Source: Mobula hypostoma (taxonomy: Eukaryota). From it: a DNA stretch of 64,000 nt. Shown here in pieces: positions 1 through 12,917 of this stretch. The stretch is from positions 57,848,001 to 57,912,000 of the forward strand of contig NC_086108.1 in NCBI RefSeq assembly GCF_963921235.1. The letters run 5' to 3'. The position numbers and the translations under genes were made by a program. Every line of letters starts with the position of its first letter. Position 1 is the first letter of the stretch. The notes under the pieces are model-generated. The model did no database searches. It saw only the letters and a list, made by a program, of their open reading frames with translations, and was not told where the DNA came from.

Positions 1-1418
1 CATTTTGGCCCAAATAAACAGCTGCCCCAACTATTCAAAGTTTCATAGGTATAAATGTATAAAAAGAGAAACTATCGTTTAACTAACAAATTATGTATTT
101 AAATTAAAAACAGAACAAATCAAACACTTTCAATATTACTAGAATTCTATAAAACTGTATTATTCCTAATTAATCCACTGTATACAGCCATGTTCTTTTG
201 ATTGACTGTAAATGAACAAAATCAACCAAATAACTACCATAGACAATGGACTGCCTGCATGCAATCCTTCTGATGATTGCATCCTCCAGATCTTCATTTT
301 CATTGTAACATTTAAGATGGTTGTCAATACCTTCTGTTTCTTCGTAGTTCCTAACTTACTGAAGTAGTGAAATGGTTTGATTTTCAATCCCAGCCATTTC
401 TAGCATCTCCTAGCCTGAATGTTTTTCTCACCAACAAAAATCACTGCTTTTTGAACACAAACGCATACAACTGACATCATTTATGAACTGTTCGTTCTAA
501 GCACTGTAGTGTCCAACGGCCATGAAAATGAGAAGGTGTACAAGAGCAAGATAGATCAGCTGGTCGCAGCAACAACCTTGCACTTAACGTCAGTTTAAGA
601 CTAAAGTGTTGATTGTGGACTTCGGCAAGTGTAAGATGAGGGAACACACACCAGTCCTCATCAAGGGATCAGAAGTGGAAAGGGAGATCAATGTCAAATT
701 CCTGGGTGTCAGCATCTCTGACAATGTATCCTGGGCCCAATATATCAATGTAGTTACAAAGAAAGCATGACAGCAACTACATTACCATCTGGCATGGGGT
801 TGGGGGTGGGGGTGGCACTGCACAGGATTGAAGTAAGTTGCAGGAAGTTGAAAACTCAGTCAACTCCATCATTCAGCATCCAGGACATCTTCAGGGAGAG
901 ATGTCTCAAAAAGTTGGCATCCATCATTAAGGACCCCCATCACCTAGAGCTTGCCCTCTTCTCATTGCTAACATCAGGAAGGAGGTACAGGAACCTAAAG
1001 GCACATACACAATGATTCAGGAACAGCTTCTTCCCCTCTGCCATCAGATTTCTGAATGGACATTGAACCCATGAGCACTACCTCACTACTTTTATATTTG
1101 CTCTACTTATTTAATTTAACTTTTTTAATATATACATACTTACTGTAATTTACATTTTTATTATGTATTGCTGCCGCATAACAATGCATTTCATGGCATA
1201 TGCCAGTGAGAGTAAACCCGATTCTGAGTTTGAAGTTCATGGGACTGACACTAGTTAGAAACTGTTCAGCAACCATCTCCTGTCCCAATAAGTGGCATAG
1301 TGTTCCAAATAAATGAAAGGAATCCCAGCTATTTTCTCGATTAATTTTTGTCCTTTAAGAGTTGTCCCATATAAGTAGCTGCCCCAATTAACCGATGACC
1401 TAATTAACTGGAATGCAC
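1..1418. mobile_element. Tigger/pogo-like DNA transposon relic (left end runs off the window), interrupted by a Rex-Babar LINE at ~525-1227
   Basis: Right end reads gctgccccaattaaccgatgacctaattaactggaatgcactc|ta, resembling a Tigger-type TIR with TA target; related cccaaataa/agctgccccaa motifs at 9-30 and 1305-1388. Confidence 0.5.
525..1227 (+). mobile_element. Rex-Babar clade LINE, 5'-truncated and decayed
   Basis: RT C-terminal motifs (NNLALNV, VDF, KFLGV; SIIKDPHH..ALFSLL.SGRRYR in ORF 767-1015); 3' tail taaacccgattctga. Confidence 0.8.
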
Positions 1419-3149
1419 TCTATATTGATAGAGAGGTGATGAAACTTTTGGATGGTACAAGAAATCTGCATGAATATTTTTTTTATTATTTCAAAATTGG
1501 ATTTATAAGGAAGAATATTCTGAAAAACAAACAGAACAAATACTAGGGGAACAAGTGGATGAATTAGCACATAAAAGTAAAGTGTGGTCCAGGTGAGAGG
1601 TACATCTGTGCTTCAGCAGCAGAAAATGGATGATGTAGGAGAATGCAAAGAAAATATAAGACTGAAATCATTAGGAGAATGTAAAAGGATTATAAAATCA
1701 GTTTCTCCAGGTACACAAAAACATTCCTAGGTAAATTAATAATAAAGAGATGATCTGGAAAGGAATTGGGACAGTACGGATTTATAGGATATTACCACGT
1801 GCAATATAGCAAAGTGGAGGAATAGTACATAATTACCATGTTTCAGCATTTACTCAGTTAGGTGCATATGTAACCTGAAGATGAGGTCAGAATTTATATA
1901 ACTGTGTTTTTTAAAATACAATAATGAAACTCAAAATTAATGCAATTCCAAAAGGCATTCAATAGACCAAAGGTTTAAATCCATGCTGTTTTGTTTCCAT
2001 GATGTCTGGTGGCTGAAATTCAGTCGCTCTTTATGTTTAAAAATGTAGTTGACTGTTATTGTCAGTTTCAACATTCTTCCTTTTCCTGAATCTGACTGTA
2101 CATTACTAAATTGAGTTGAACTGTCCTGGAATTATACCCCTAATCCAGACAGATTACATCCACTCATTTTTGGAAATCAAGGGTAATTTAACAGAAATGT
2201 AATTAAACATATCAATTGACTCTGTTTCTCTCTCCATTCTCTCTGCTTGACCAACTGAGTATCTCCAACACTTGTCTCCAGTTACTGACAAATTTTTGTT
2301 CTAAGCAGAATGAATAGTTTCCTGGCTTTAGGACAGAAAGCAGAGAGACAAAGGCTTGTTATTTAATGTACAGAAGCATGGGATGTGGTGCTCCCTAAGG
2401 ATCAATGCTGGAACTGTTGAGTATAATTCATATTAACAATTTGGAATTAGGAAATGTACTTTTTATTTCAAAAAATTCCAGTAATCTTCACAGTGTACGT
2501 GATGAAAATTCCATCACCAAAGAGACTGAAGAGACATTCATAAATCTGTAGAACAAATTTCAAATAGAAACCACACTGAAGGTAGTATGTGTTTATAAAA
2601 TGAGCCTTTATAATTCCAAAATAAGTGAGTTTGCACTGTATTTTTGGATTTGAGACATGACCATGGGGTTTCACACAGTCCTGCCATCTTGTCAGCTGCC
2701 ACAAAATGTAAAGAGAAATCATGTACATGATTTTCCTAAAAGTAACATTTCAAGTTTTTAAGAAAGCTTTGTTTTAGTAACCATTATAACTCAATTAGGA
2801 CCATATTTGTTTCATAATGTATGTTAATGAACATTAGCTTTTCCAGGCAGTATACTTACTAGTCTGCTCCAACCTACAAACAAGAAGTACTCTGAAATTT
2901 GTTGCTGCAAGACAGGTGACTTCACAAAGTTTGTTCTCCTGGTGCTTCAGATCTTGGCTGTATTCAGTCTCCCAAAGAGATACATGTTAAACTATGTGTT
3001 TATTAACAGCTCAGGAATTATAAAAGCACATTTATTCTCAAGATGTAGGCATGATTGACAAATTTAACGTTTGTTATACATTGTTAGCTAAACTGAGAAG
3101 GTTATGATGGACTATCTGCTTTTCCTGCTGCTAGTATATTGATGCAATT

Positions 3150-4572
3150 CATAGAAAATAGGTGCAGGAGTAGGCCATTCAGCCCTTTGAGCCTGCACCG
3201 CCATCAGTATGATCATCGCTGATCATCCAACTCAGAACCCTGTACCAGCCTTCCCTCCATACCCCCGATCCCTCTAGCCACAAGGGCCATATCTAACTCC
3301 CTCTTAAATATAACCAATGAACTGGCCTCAACTGTTTCCTGTGGCAGAGAATTCCACAGATTCACCACTCTCTGTGTGAAGAAGTTTTTCCTAATCTCAG
3401 TCCTAAAAGGCTTCCCCCTTATCCTCAAACTGTGACCCCTCGTTCTGGACTTCCCCAACATCGGGAACAATCTTCCTGCATCTAGCCTGTCCAATACCTT
3501 TAGGATTTTATACGTTTCAATAAGATCCCCCCTCAATCTTCTAAATTCCAGAGAGTATAAGCCTAGTTGATCCAGTCTTTCATCATATGAAAGTCCTGCC
3601 ATCCCAGGAATCAATCTGGTGAACCTTCTTTGTACTCCCTCTATGGCAAGGATGTCTTTCCTCAGATTAGGGGACCAAAACTGCACACAGTACTCCAGGT
3701 GTGGTCTCACCAAGGCCTTGTGCAACTGCAGTAGTACCTCCCTGCTCCTGTACGCGAATCCTCTCGCTATAAATGCCAGCATACCATTCGCCTTTTTCAC
3801 CGCCTGCTGTACCTGCATGCCCACTTTCAATGACTGGTGTATAATGACACCCAGGTCTCATTGCACCTCCCCTTTTCCTAATCGGCCACCATTCAGATAA
3901 TAATCTGTTTTCCTGTTTTTGCCACCAAAGTGGATAACCTCACATTTATCCACATTAAATTGCATCTGCCATGAATTTGCCTACTCACCTAACCTATCCA
4001 AGTCACCCTGCATCCTCTGAGCATCCCCCTCACAGCTAACACTGCCGCCCAGCTTCGTGTCATCTGCAAACTTGGAGATGCTGCATTTAATTCCCTCATC
4101 TAAGTCATTAATATATATTGTAAACAACTGGGATCCCAGCGCTGAGCCTTGCGGTACCCCACTAGTCACTGCCTGCCATTCCGAAAAGGTCCCGTTTATT
4201 CCCACTCTTTGCTTCCTGTCTGCCAACCAATTCTCTATCCACATCAATACTATACCCCCAATACTGTGTGCTTTAAGTTTGCACACTAATCTCCTGTGTG
4301 GGACCTTGTCAAAAGCCTTTTGAAAATCCAAATATACCACATCCACTAGTTCTCCCCTATCCACTCTACTAGTTACATTCTCAAAAAATTATATGAGATT
4401 CGTCAGACATGATTTTCCTTTCACAAATCCATGCTGACTTTGTCTGATGATTTCACCACTTTCCAAATGTGCTGTTATCACATCTTTGATAACTGACTCT
4501 AGCATTTTCCCCACCACCGATGTTAGGCTAACCGGTCTATAATTCCCCGGTTTCTCTCTCCCTCCTTTTTTA
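3150..4572 (-). mobile_element. CR1 LINE, 5'-truncated, relatively young
   Basis: ORFs 3981-4364 and 3213-3830: [57 protein letters not shown]1 3' UTR at ~3150-3230. Confidence 0.95.
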
Positions 4573-5070
4573 ATTCATAGACCTTTTTAGGAGATATGGG
4601 CGTGACATTGGAGCTCCATGTACAGTAACTAACTAGGTAAGGACAGGTTCTTGTGAGGTTCATGAGAATGATCCGGGGAATGGAAGTATTAATACATGTG
4701 GAGCATTTGGTAGCCCTGGGCCTATACTCTCTGGAGGTTTAGTAGAATGAGGGGGTTCTTATTGAAACCTATGGAATATTTACAGGCCTGCACAGAGTGA
4801 ACATGTTTCCAAGAGTGGGGGTGTCTAGGATCATGAATCCTAGTCTAGACTCTAGGATTCAGAATACAAGGACATCCCTTTGGAACAGAGATGAGTAATT
4901 TCTTTAACCAGATGATGGTGAATCCATGAAATTCATTACCACAGATAGATATGGCGACCAAGTCATTGGGTGTATTTAAAGTGGAAGGTGATAGGTTCTT
5001 GATTAATCAAGGTGTCAGCAGTTATGGGGAAAAGGCAGGACAATGGAGTTGAGAAGGAAGGCAAGTCAGC

Positions 5071-5964
5071 TCCCAGTGTGTCCGGTGCTCCCGATGTGGC
5101 CTTCTATATATTGGCGAGACCCGATGCAGACTGGGAGAACATTTTGCGACACGTGCCCTTATGCTTCCCACCTCACCACCATTCAGGGCCCCAGACAGTC
5201 CTTCCAGGTGAGACGACACTTCACCTGTGAGTCGGTTGGGGTGATATACTGCACCCAGTGCTCCCGATGCAGCCTTCTATACATTGGCCACATCAGATGC
5301 AGACTGGGAGATTGTTTTGCTGAACACCTACGCTCTGTCCGCCAGAGAAAGCAGGATCTCCCAGTGGCCACACATTTTAGTTCCACGTCCCATTCCCATT
5401 CTGATATGTCTATCCACGGCCTCCTCTATTGTAAAGGTGAAGCCACACTCAGGTTGGAGGAACAACACTTTATATTCCGTCTGGGTAACCTCCAACCTGA
5501 TGGCATGAACATTGACTTCTCAAACTTCCGCTAATGCCCCACCTCCCCCATGTGCCCCATCCGTTATTTATTTATATACACACATTCTTTTTCTGTCTCT
5601 CCTTTTTCTCCCTCTGTCCCTCTCACTATACCCCTTACCCATTCTCTGGGCTTCCTCCCTCCCCCTTTCTTTCTCCCTGGACCTCCTGACCCATGATCCT
5701 CTCATATCCCTTTTGCCAATCAACTGGCCAGCTCTTGGCTCCATCCCTCCCCCTCCTGTCTTCTCCTATCACTTTGGATCTCCCCCTACCCCTCCCACTT
5801 TCAAATCTCTTACTAGCTCTTTCTTCAGTTAGTCCTGACAAAGGGTCTCGGCCTGAAACGTTGACTGTACCTCTTCCTAGAGATGCTGCCTGGCCTGCTG
5901 TGTTCACCAGCAACTTTGATGTGTTTTGCTTGAAACTCCAGCATCTGCAGAATTCCTTGTGTTT
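5071..5964 (+). mobile_element. Penelope-like element 3' part (GIY-YIG endonuclease end plus pseudo-LTR) with 10-bp TSD gcaagtcagc
   Basis: ORF 5043-5534: FTCES.GVIYC..CSRC.LLYIG...RLGD.FAEHLRSV..PVATHF..EEQH.IFRLG.LQPDGMN; TSD at 5061-5070 and 5965-5974. Confidence 0.92.
5831..5866 (+). ncRNA. Degenerate Penelope minimal hammerhead ribozyme (core mutated: CTGACAA, GTT)
   Basis: agtc-ctgacaa-agggtctcggcct-gaaac-gtt-gact; differs from the intact copy at 20244 at two core positions. Confidence 0.7.
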
Positions 5965-6455
5965 GCAAGTCAGCCATGGTTGAATTGTGGAGAAGACTCA
6001 ATGTGCCATGTGGTCTAATTGTATGGTCTATATTTATTTTCATGATAGGTTTCTTTCCTTTAAGATCATTTGCAGTTTAGTTAAGTTTTATAGACAATCT
6101 AATGGTGTCAAAGGCCTGGAATTTCAATTGCATTATTTCTCAGTATTAAAACATTATATACCTCCTTAATACTGCTTTTTGGAAAGCAGCATTGTCAAGC
6201 TCTCTTATATCACGAAATGGGCATTGCTCAAAAAGCTCAAATTGAACTTCTTTCCAGTGCTTGCTTGTAGCCACACATCTGCAATCTTCTCTTTTGCTCT
6301 CTCTCACGCACTCTCACACTCAGCAAGCATTCTTTCTGTGGAGTTTAATTAACCAACTATTTCACTATATTAATCTGCTCAATAAAAACTTGTTTCCCTG
6401 ACAGAATCCCAGATTAAAGAGAGTGTGTTGTTATTCCTAGAATCTTTACTGCAGA

Positions 6456-7392
6456 TTCTTCTTCTTCTCCGTCTTGTTTTACGGGGGTTGGCACCCAGAT
6501 TAATGGTGTATTGCCGCCACCTTCTGCTCCGGAGTGTGCAATAGACTTGCATTCTAAATCCCTTCACCCAGTCACACGCACACATATACCCTAACCTACA
6601 CTTTATCCTCCCATCTTTGGAAATCCTAGTACCCTATTCCTGGTTATCCATCATATTCTATATAAAAAAAAACCCTTGTACCCCTCAAGAAAGCTAAAAA
6701 TACCCTGACCTGTGCTCTCTCACCCATGCCCAGCAACCATTTTAATGTGAATTCCTCCACCCCCAATTCCCTTAGATTGATTCTCATCATCTCTCTCTGT
6801 ATCCCATACCTCCTGCAACTCAGAACTACATGTTCTACTGACTCCTCTTCCTGACATTCCTCACACAATCCTGTCTGGTGTTTCCCTATCATTTTCAATG
6901 TTTTGTTTAATGCACAATGCCCCAGCCTTAACCGAGTCCACACAATTTCCTCTCTTCTGTTTCCATTACCTACCCTAGTACGTGCAACACTCTTTTGTAT
7001 TTGATATAAATGCCTCCCTTTCCCAGCTTTCTTGCCACATTTGATTGATTTTTTTCCCAGATTACACACTTAACCTATGCTTTACTGATAATAATGTGCA
7101 TTTCTATATTTTCTTTTTTTAACGCCCTCTTTGCCAACTCATCTACCCTCTCATTCCCCTTCACTTCTACATGTGCTGGAACCCATAGAAATTTTACCTG
7201 ACCTCCCAGATTTGCAATTCTTGTGACTGACTGAAGGACTTCATAAAGTACATCTTGCTGACTGTTTGAGTGAATAGACCTTAAACTTGGCAGAACTGAG
7301 AATGAATCTGTGCATATCAACACTTTGACTTGTCTAGCTTTCTCCACCCATTGCAACGCAACCAACACTGCCAGCATTTCCACTGTCTCCAC
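6456..7392 (-). mobile_element. I-group (Nimb-like) LINE 3' fragment with RNase H and CCHC finger, (AAG)n tail
   Basis: ORF 7075-7392 ICTDS...WVPAHV.V.GNERVDELAK (RNase H); ORF 6644-7069 RLRLGH...CEEC...ESVEHVVLSC; minus-strand end ggtggcggcaatacacc...ccgtaaaac...agaagaagaagaa. Confidence 0.85.
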
Positions 7393-7629
7393 TTTGCTGC
7401 AGATGATAGGAGACGTGATACTAAAATTGTTGTAATGAAATTGATACCAGTATTAATTTCAGAATTCCAAGAATGGTCAAGAAGCCATGTGTGAAAGATT
7501 AAAACTGAACATTATTGTACCTGTATGTATCAATTGGCATTAATTGTATTCAGGAGGTGTTTAGCAGCTGGGAAAATATCTTCATCATTTGTGTTGGAGA
7601 GGGATTGCAGGATCTTGCTGAGGAGGAGT

Positions 7630-8120
7630 ATTCAGTTTTCAGATTAATTTATTTATCACATACAGTATACTTTGAAATATTCAGTGAAATGCATCATTTA
7701 TGTCAGCACCCAACTCAACCTCAGGATGTGCTGGGGAAGCCCACACGTGTTGCCACACAGTCCGTCCCAACGTAGCATGTCCACAATGTTTGGCAGAACA
7801 ACAAAAACAACAGAAGAACAGCAACAAAACAACAATAGCAAAACAAGCCTCTTTCTCCACCCCCCCCCCCGCCACATCCACTCACCCGCTCACACACATC
7901 GACAGTCCTCCACCCCCAGGACAGAACACCTCTGGGTTTCCAGCCTCCAGTCGACTCCCAGACTCTCAGACGTACAGGGACCCGTGATCCCGCAGTGCGC
8001 TGACCTGGGGGACTCGCCAGTCTGGGAGGGTTACCAGCCCAGGTCCTCACTAGTCTTTGCCCACAGCACTTGCCAGCCTGATGTCAGTCCACCAGGATCA
8101 CTGGCCTTCAACCTATAGAC
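7630..8120 (-). mobile_element. Non-autonomous SINE-like repeat with (TCTGAA)-type LINE-like tail
   Basis: Minus-strand 3' end ataaataaattaatctgaaaactgaa; no coding homology. Confidence 0.5.
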
Positions 8121-10320
8121 CACTCCTTATGAGTTCAGTCCTGAGGAGTTATTTTGCATTGCTTGGTATTAACTGCATCTGCACCCTTTCCTGGGACTCA
8201 TTCCCATATTTAATTACCTAAACTGCTTTGAATCGCCTCAACCTCTACTCTACCTATCATGTACTTTTGCAGAGATGTTTTAAAAGTAACTATATTGTTT
8301 GTGTTTAAAGTGCTTCAGAATAATTCTAGTGATCCTTTAATAGGCTATATTGATATGTCATTTTATTGAAGCAGCTACGTACAGTCACTGCAGACTTTTG
8401 CTGATTGATTTTTCCAATCGTTACTGAATACAGCAGTAACCATAGGAAATACAATAACAGCACTAAAAAGAAAAATATTGGGATTAGTAAGGGAATTGAA
8501 GATTGCTGAGTAGAGAAGGGAATATATACTGGTTAATGCATTATCCTCGTCAGCTGGTTGTGGTACTGCCACATTGCATGTTACAGAATTCTTTTGCAGC
8601 TAATTTCACTTAATTGGAAGCTACATATTGAAGCAAAGAAGGGAAATAATACTCTGATAACCATATACAATGTTGATCTTAATTACACTGTTAGTCTTAA
8701 TCAAAGATTCTAGCTATGGTTACAAACTATCAACCACATGAAATCCATTTCTTCAATCAAATCTCTGAAGTATTAAGTAAAGTGCATCGTGCTATTCTCA
8801 TACCCAGTGCTCCAGTTTGACAGCCTGCTAATCATTATCCAGTGACCTCTGCTGAAACGGCAATTTAGAAAGATCAAACAAGCAAAGAATTCTACCCAGG
8901 TGTGAATCCACTATTCCCACAATTCTTAAGGAATTATTTGGACAAAATCTTATGCTATCCCAATAGATTAAACCTGCTATTAAGAATACAGATTTGTAAC
9001 ATTTATCTTCTACTTTTAAAGTTCTAAAATTCTAGCGCACCCAAAACAGTGTTGTTGAGGGGTTTAACAACCACATGAAGTAACACAGATATCCCATGCA
9101 TTAGTAAGGTTGTGGGATGGGGGATGTTCAGATGGCTCGTGGCTTCAAGATTGTGTTGTGGTCACTAGGAAGAGGGACTGAGGGATATGAATCCTTCTCT
9201 ACGGGATTGGAGCCTTATTCAATGGGTCAGGCTTGGGGTGAAGAGAAGTGGAACTAAGTCCTTGATTGTGTTGAAGATTAGCAGTGGTAATGGGGAAACT
9301 GGCATGGAAACAAGAGGTTGGTGATTGTGGCCTTCATCAAATCTCAGAATATTAATTGAGTACTTGTGGAACTAGAATGTCTAACAGTAAGTATGGGACT
9401 TGTCTCATATGAATCAGAATAGAGTGTAATGTTGGGGGAAAATGGGCTTTCTTTGGCGTCTTCATTGATAGTTGCAGTTTGGATGACATATTTCGAGCTC
9501 CTCCACAATGTACAGGAATGAATCACCAGAGCAGTGTTTCACCATTTAAGCAAAAGATCAGGACCTCAGATCCAACCTTAATGCTCATAACTTACTGGGC
9601 AGCAATGATACCCATTCTCCTGTTAGCTTCAAAGACAAAGACCACCTGCAACAGGCACCTCAGGGAAATGGAGAGGCACTTTCAACAGTCTGTAAAATGT
9701 TCCAAATGAAGCGCATCCGAACCCATGTTAGTGTTGTCTCCCAGACCAACGTTATAGCTTTGGGATTCCTAATGACTTTACCCAACTACCTTGTTTACAT
9801 TTTAGATACCCGACTCCTGAAATAATCACTCCATACAGGGCTCTGTTATGGTGAGGGATTACTAGGAAGACAGAGAAAATTGTTGAAGTTTATTCTTAGT
9901 CTCTCTTTTTTTAAAAAAGTAATATGTTCATTGAGTCATGAGAATCAACAACTCAAAATAATTCCAGGTGCACTGAGGTTCTTTAATATCTTCCTTGGGA
10001 GCACAGAGGAACCCTGAAGAAATAGTGAGAAGACCACAGCAGCGGTCATGCTACTTTACCAATGTGGCCCATCAGGCACCTATCTCACCGGAGGCGCAGT
10101 CTGCAAATCCAACATTCACACTGAACTAGCAGCAAGTCATCCTCAATCGGAGGGCCTGCCAAAGGGGTCGATAATAGAATGATACAGTACTTCTGACGTA
10201 GAAATTATGTCAGAAACACAAGGGTTGTTCATGTCAGGGAGAGAGAGCAGAGTTGCATTTCATTCTGCGAGTGTGGAGGTAGGATATATAAATTCAAATA
10301 TAAAAAGAAACCAGCATTAT

Positions 10321-10527
10321 GTGGTTGAATTTCTAAGCACAAGGGTTTTTGGGCAAGGCATAAATTCTGAATCTGCTTTTGTAGTGCCTGCTTATATGTG
10401 TATTTGAATCAATTACTATGTTTTATTACAACCCACATGGGTAGTAAAATATTGAAAGTAAAGGTAAATCGATATGTTAGTCTATTTCTCATTTTACTCA
10501 AAATACTTCACACAAAATCTTGCACTA
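10321..10527. repeat. Copy A of a diverged ~207-bp local duplication (partner 12121-12326)
   Basis: Near-colinear by-eye alignment: gtggttgaattt, cataaattctga.tctgctttt, ttgaatcaatta, tttattacaacccac, tattgaaagt, acaaaatcttgca. Confidence 0.85.
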
Positions 10528-10751
10528 TAATTTATATAGTAATGTTGTTTACAGCAAATGCTTTAGGGTTGCTTCACATTTACAATATCTCTAAGTTTTA
10601 TTAGCAGTCTGGCAGTGATAGAGTTGAACTTATTGTAAAATGTTTATAACTTGCTGAGAGAAATGAGGTATAGGTGGCTTTTGTCTAGTGTAACTCTATG
10701 AGATTAAACTCTTGCCACCAATTGTCTGTGATAAAGTACTTGATTAGCTAG

Positions 10752-11450
10752 GTTAGTAAATTAGTTTATTATTGTCACATGTACTAAGGTACAATGTAAT
10801 TGTGTTGCATACCATTCATACAGATCAATTCATTATAACAGTACGTTGAGGTAGTACAGTGTAAAACAACAACAGAATCCAAGTATGTTTGTAAGTGTAA
10901 TGGTTTCACAAAAAGTACAGTACAAATAGGCAGGAATGTGCAAGGTCATACTGAGGTAGAATGTGAAATCAATAGTTCATCTTATACCAGGGAAACATTC
11001 AATATTATTATATCAGCAAGGTAAGAGGTGTCTTTGAGCCTCATGTTACATTTTCAGGCTTTTGTTTCCTTTGCCCGATGGGGGGGGGGCGGGCGTGGTG
11101 GGTGAGAAGAGGGAATCTCTGGGTGGGTAGGATATTTGATTGTGCTGGCTGCTTTACTGAGGCATGAAGAAGTGCAGATGGAGTCCACGGAGGGACAGGC
11201 TGGTTTCCATTTGTGCTGAGTTACGTCCACAACTCTGCAGTGTCTTGGAGTTGCCATACCAAGCTGTAATGTATGCAGATAAGATCTGTAAAAGTTGGTG
11301 AGAGTTGATGAGGGCACGTCAGATTTCTTTAACTTCCTGAGGAAGTACGGACATTGGTGGGCTTTCTTGGCCATAGTGGCAATGTGGTTGGACCAGGACT
11401 GGCGATTGGTGATGTTTACTCCGAGGAGCATGAAACTCTTAATCCTCTCA
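10752..11450 (-). mobile_element. Rex-Babar LINE 3' fragment
   Basis: ORF 11054-11431 LLGVNIT...SWSNHI...AKKAHQ..YFLRKLKK...TLTNFYR; tail aataaactaatttactaa. Confidence 0.8.
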
Positions 11451-12120
11451 ATGTAAGCACTGGGAAAGAGTGGAGAATGGCAAAGCAGTGGATTGTGACA
11501 ATCTGATGTGATGGTGGATTTTGACTTGATTTTCCTACTTCCAGACTAAAGAAAAGATGTTAACTGAGTACAAAGTGTGTAAATAGCCTTTTCACTATTG
11601 TTGGAATCATAGTTCTCGGCTAGCCTAGAATTATGAGATGGAATTTTTAGCTATAGGTCTCTTGAAATTACATGTACCCTTTTCAGATTCTCAGCTTATT
11701 GCGAGCTTACTTATGTGGGCAGACTCCCAAGGGTATTGCTACACTCACGATCATATTAACTGGGGAGGAAAAGAATACTACATTGTAAAGTGGAAAGAAT
11801 GGTTATTTTAGTTAATTTCCAAATCTTCTATTTTTCCGGCATGGTCTCTTTTGTGATCCGCTGCCACACTTTTATTTTTGAAACCTCCCTACTGCCTTTG
11901 AATCTCAGCAGAGCTAGAATATGATACATTGCAGTAAAAAATATAACAGACAATTTTTTTGACATTCCCATCATCTGCTTCAGTAATCTCATATTTAGAT
12001 AGGTGTGTTCAGTATCCTTTACCAGTTCTGGCAGAAAAACGTAAAACTGACTGTGAAATGGCTACCTCTCACATTTCCATTCCACCTAGCTTGTAATTCC
12101 AGCACCTATGAAAGTACTTT

Positions 12121-12326
12121 GTGGTTGAATTTCCATACACATAGATTTTGGACCGCTCATAAATTCTGATTCTGCTTTTTTATTGTCGGCTTATATACAC
12201 AGTTGAATCAATTATTGCACTTTATTACAACCCACGCGGGTAGTACAGTATTGAAAGTTACAGTAAATGGATAAGTCAGTCTTTTTCTCAGGTTACTTGA
12301 TGTACTTTAGACAAAATCTTGCATTA
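12121..12326. repeat. Copy B of the ~207-bp local duplication
   Basis: Aligns to 10321-10527 at an offset of ~1800 bp. Confidence 0.85.
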
Positions 12327-12917
12327 TCAATTTTTGTAACTAATAAGACCAGGAAGCACAATCTTATTTCTTTCTGGGAGTGAGGAGAAGCGAAGTACCT
12401 TGTATACAAATATTAGGCTATTGCATTTTTATTTAAAGGTAAGCATTCTATTGTGAAGTCAGTGTTTTATTTATGAATGTTTGACTATTCAATAGCCACA
12501 TACCCAAAATTGTGGGATTCTGAACCTTATTTTTAAAACTAAAGTGCATATTTTTAAATTGAAATGCACAGTCATGTGTGTTTGGTACACAAGATGGAAA
12601 ATTACAGAGTAGGCAGCTGGTGATTATAATCCTCATGCAAAGCTGATTTGATGTTAGGCCTGCCAAATTAGACCTCAACACACCAGCTAACACGATTGCA
12701 CAAGATATGTAGCCTAACTAGCAGGAAAAACTCCACCCCCATTCCCCTCCACTGTGCCCCAATCCCCAAATTCCATTATGTAAAAAAAGATCCATAATGA
12801 CTTGCAGATTAGCAACAATGAGTGAACTGTTTGAAAGGGAAGAAGCAAAAGCATGTAAAATAGAAGCATGAATAGCCTGTATTGTCCTTCAAGCTTGCTC
12901 CACTATTCAATATGATC

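Larger units (their letters stand above)
4655..6030 (+). mobile_element. Old CR1 3' fragment, split by the Penelope insertion at 5071-5964
   Basis: Degenerate YSLE/RMRG/FFNQ-type sequence; the 3' UTR resumes (agtcagccatggttgaa) after the insertion. Confidence 0.75.

Noticed and set aside
5512..5983. Pro/Leu/Ser-rich and Gly/Arg-rich ORFs (also 19221-19619 and 19988-20393)
   Set aside because: Artefacts of the pyrimidine-rich Penelope 3' region.
8330..10300. Apparently unique DNA with short ORFs (8375-8572, 9344-9526, 9479-9709)
   Set aside because: Manual translation of the parts examined gave frequent stops and no recognisable protein or exon chain; may be very old repeat debris.
11830..11995. 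~54-codon minus-strand ORF (MRLLKQMMGMSKKLSVIFF...) downstream of the TATA-like motif in duplicate copy B
   Set aside because: No counterpart downstream of copy A, no homology recognised, and the length is expected by chance.
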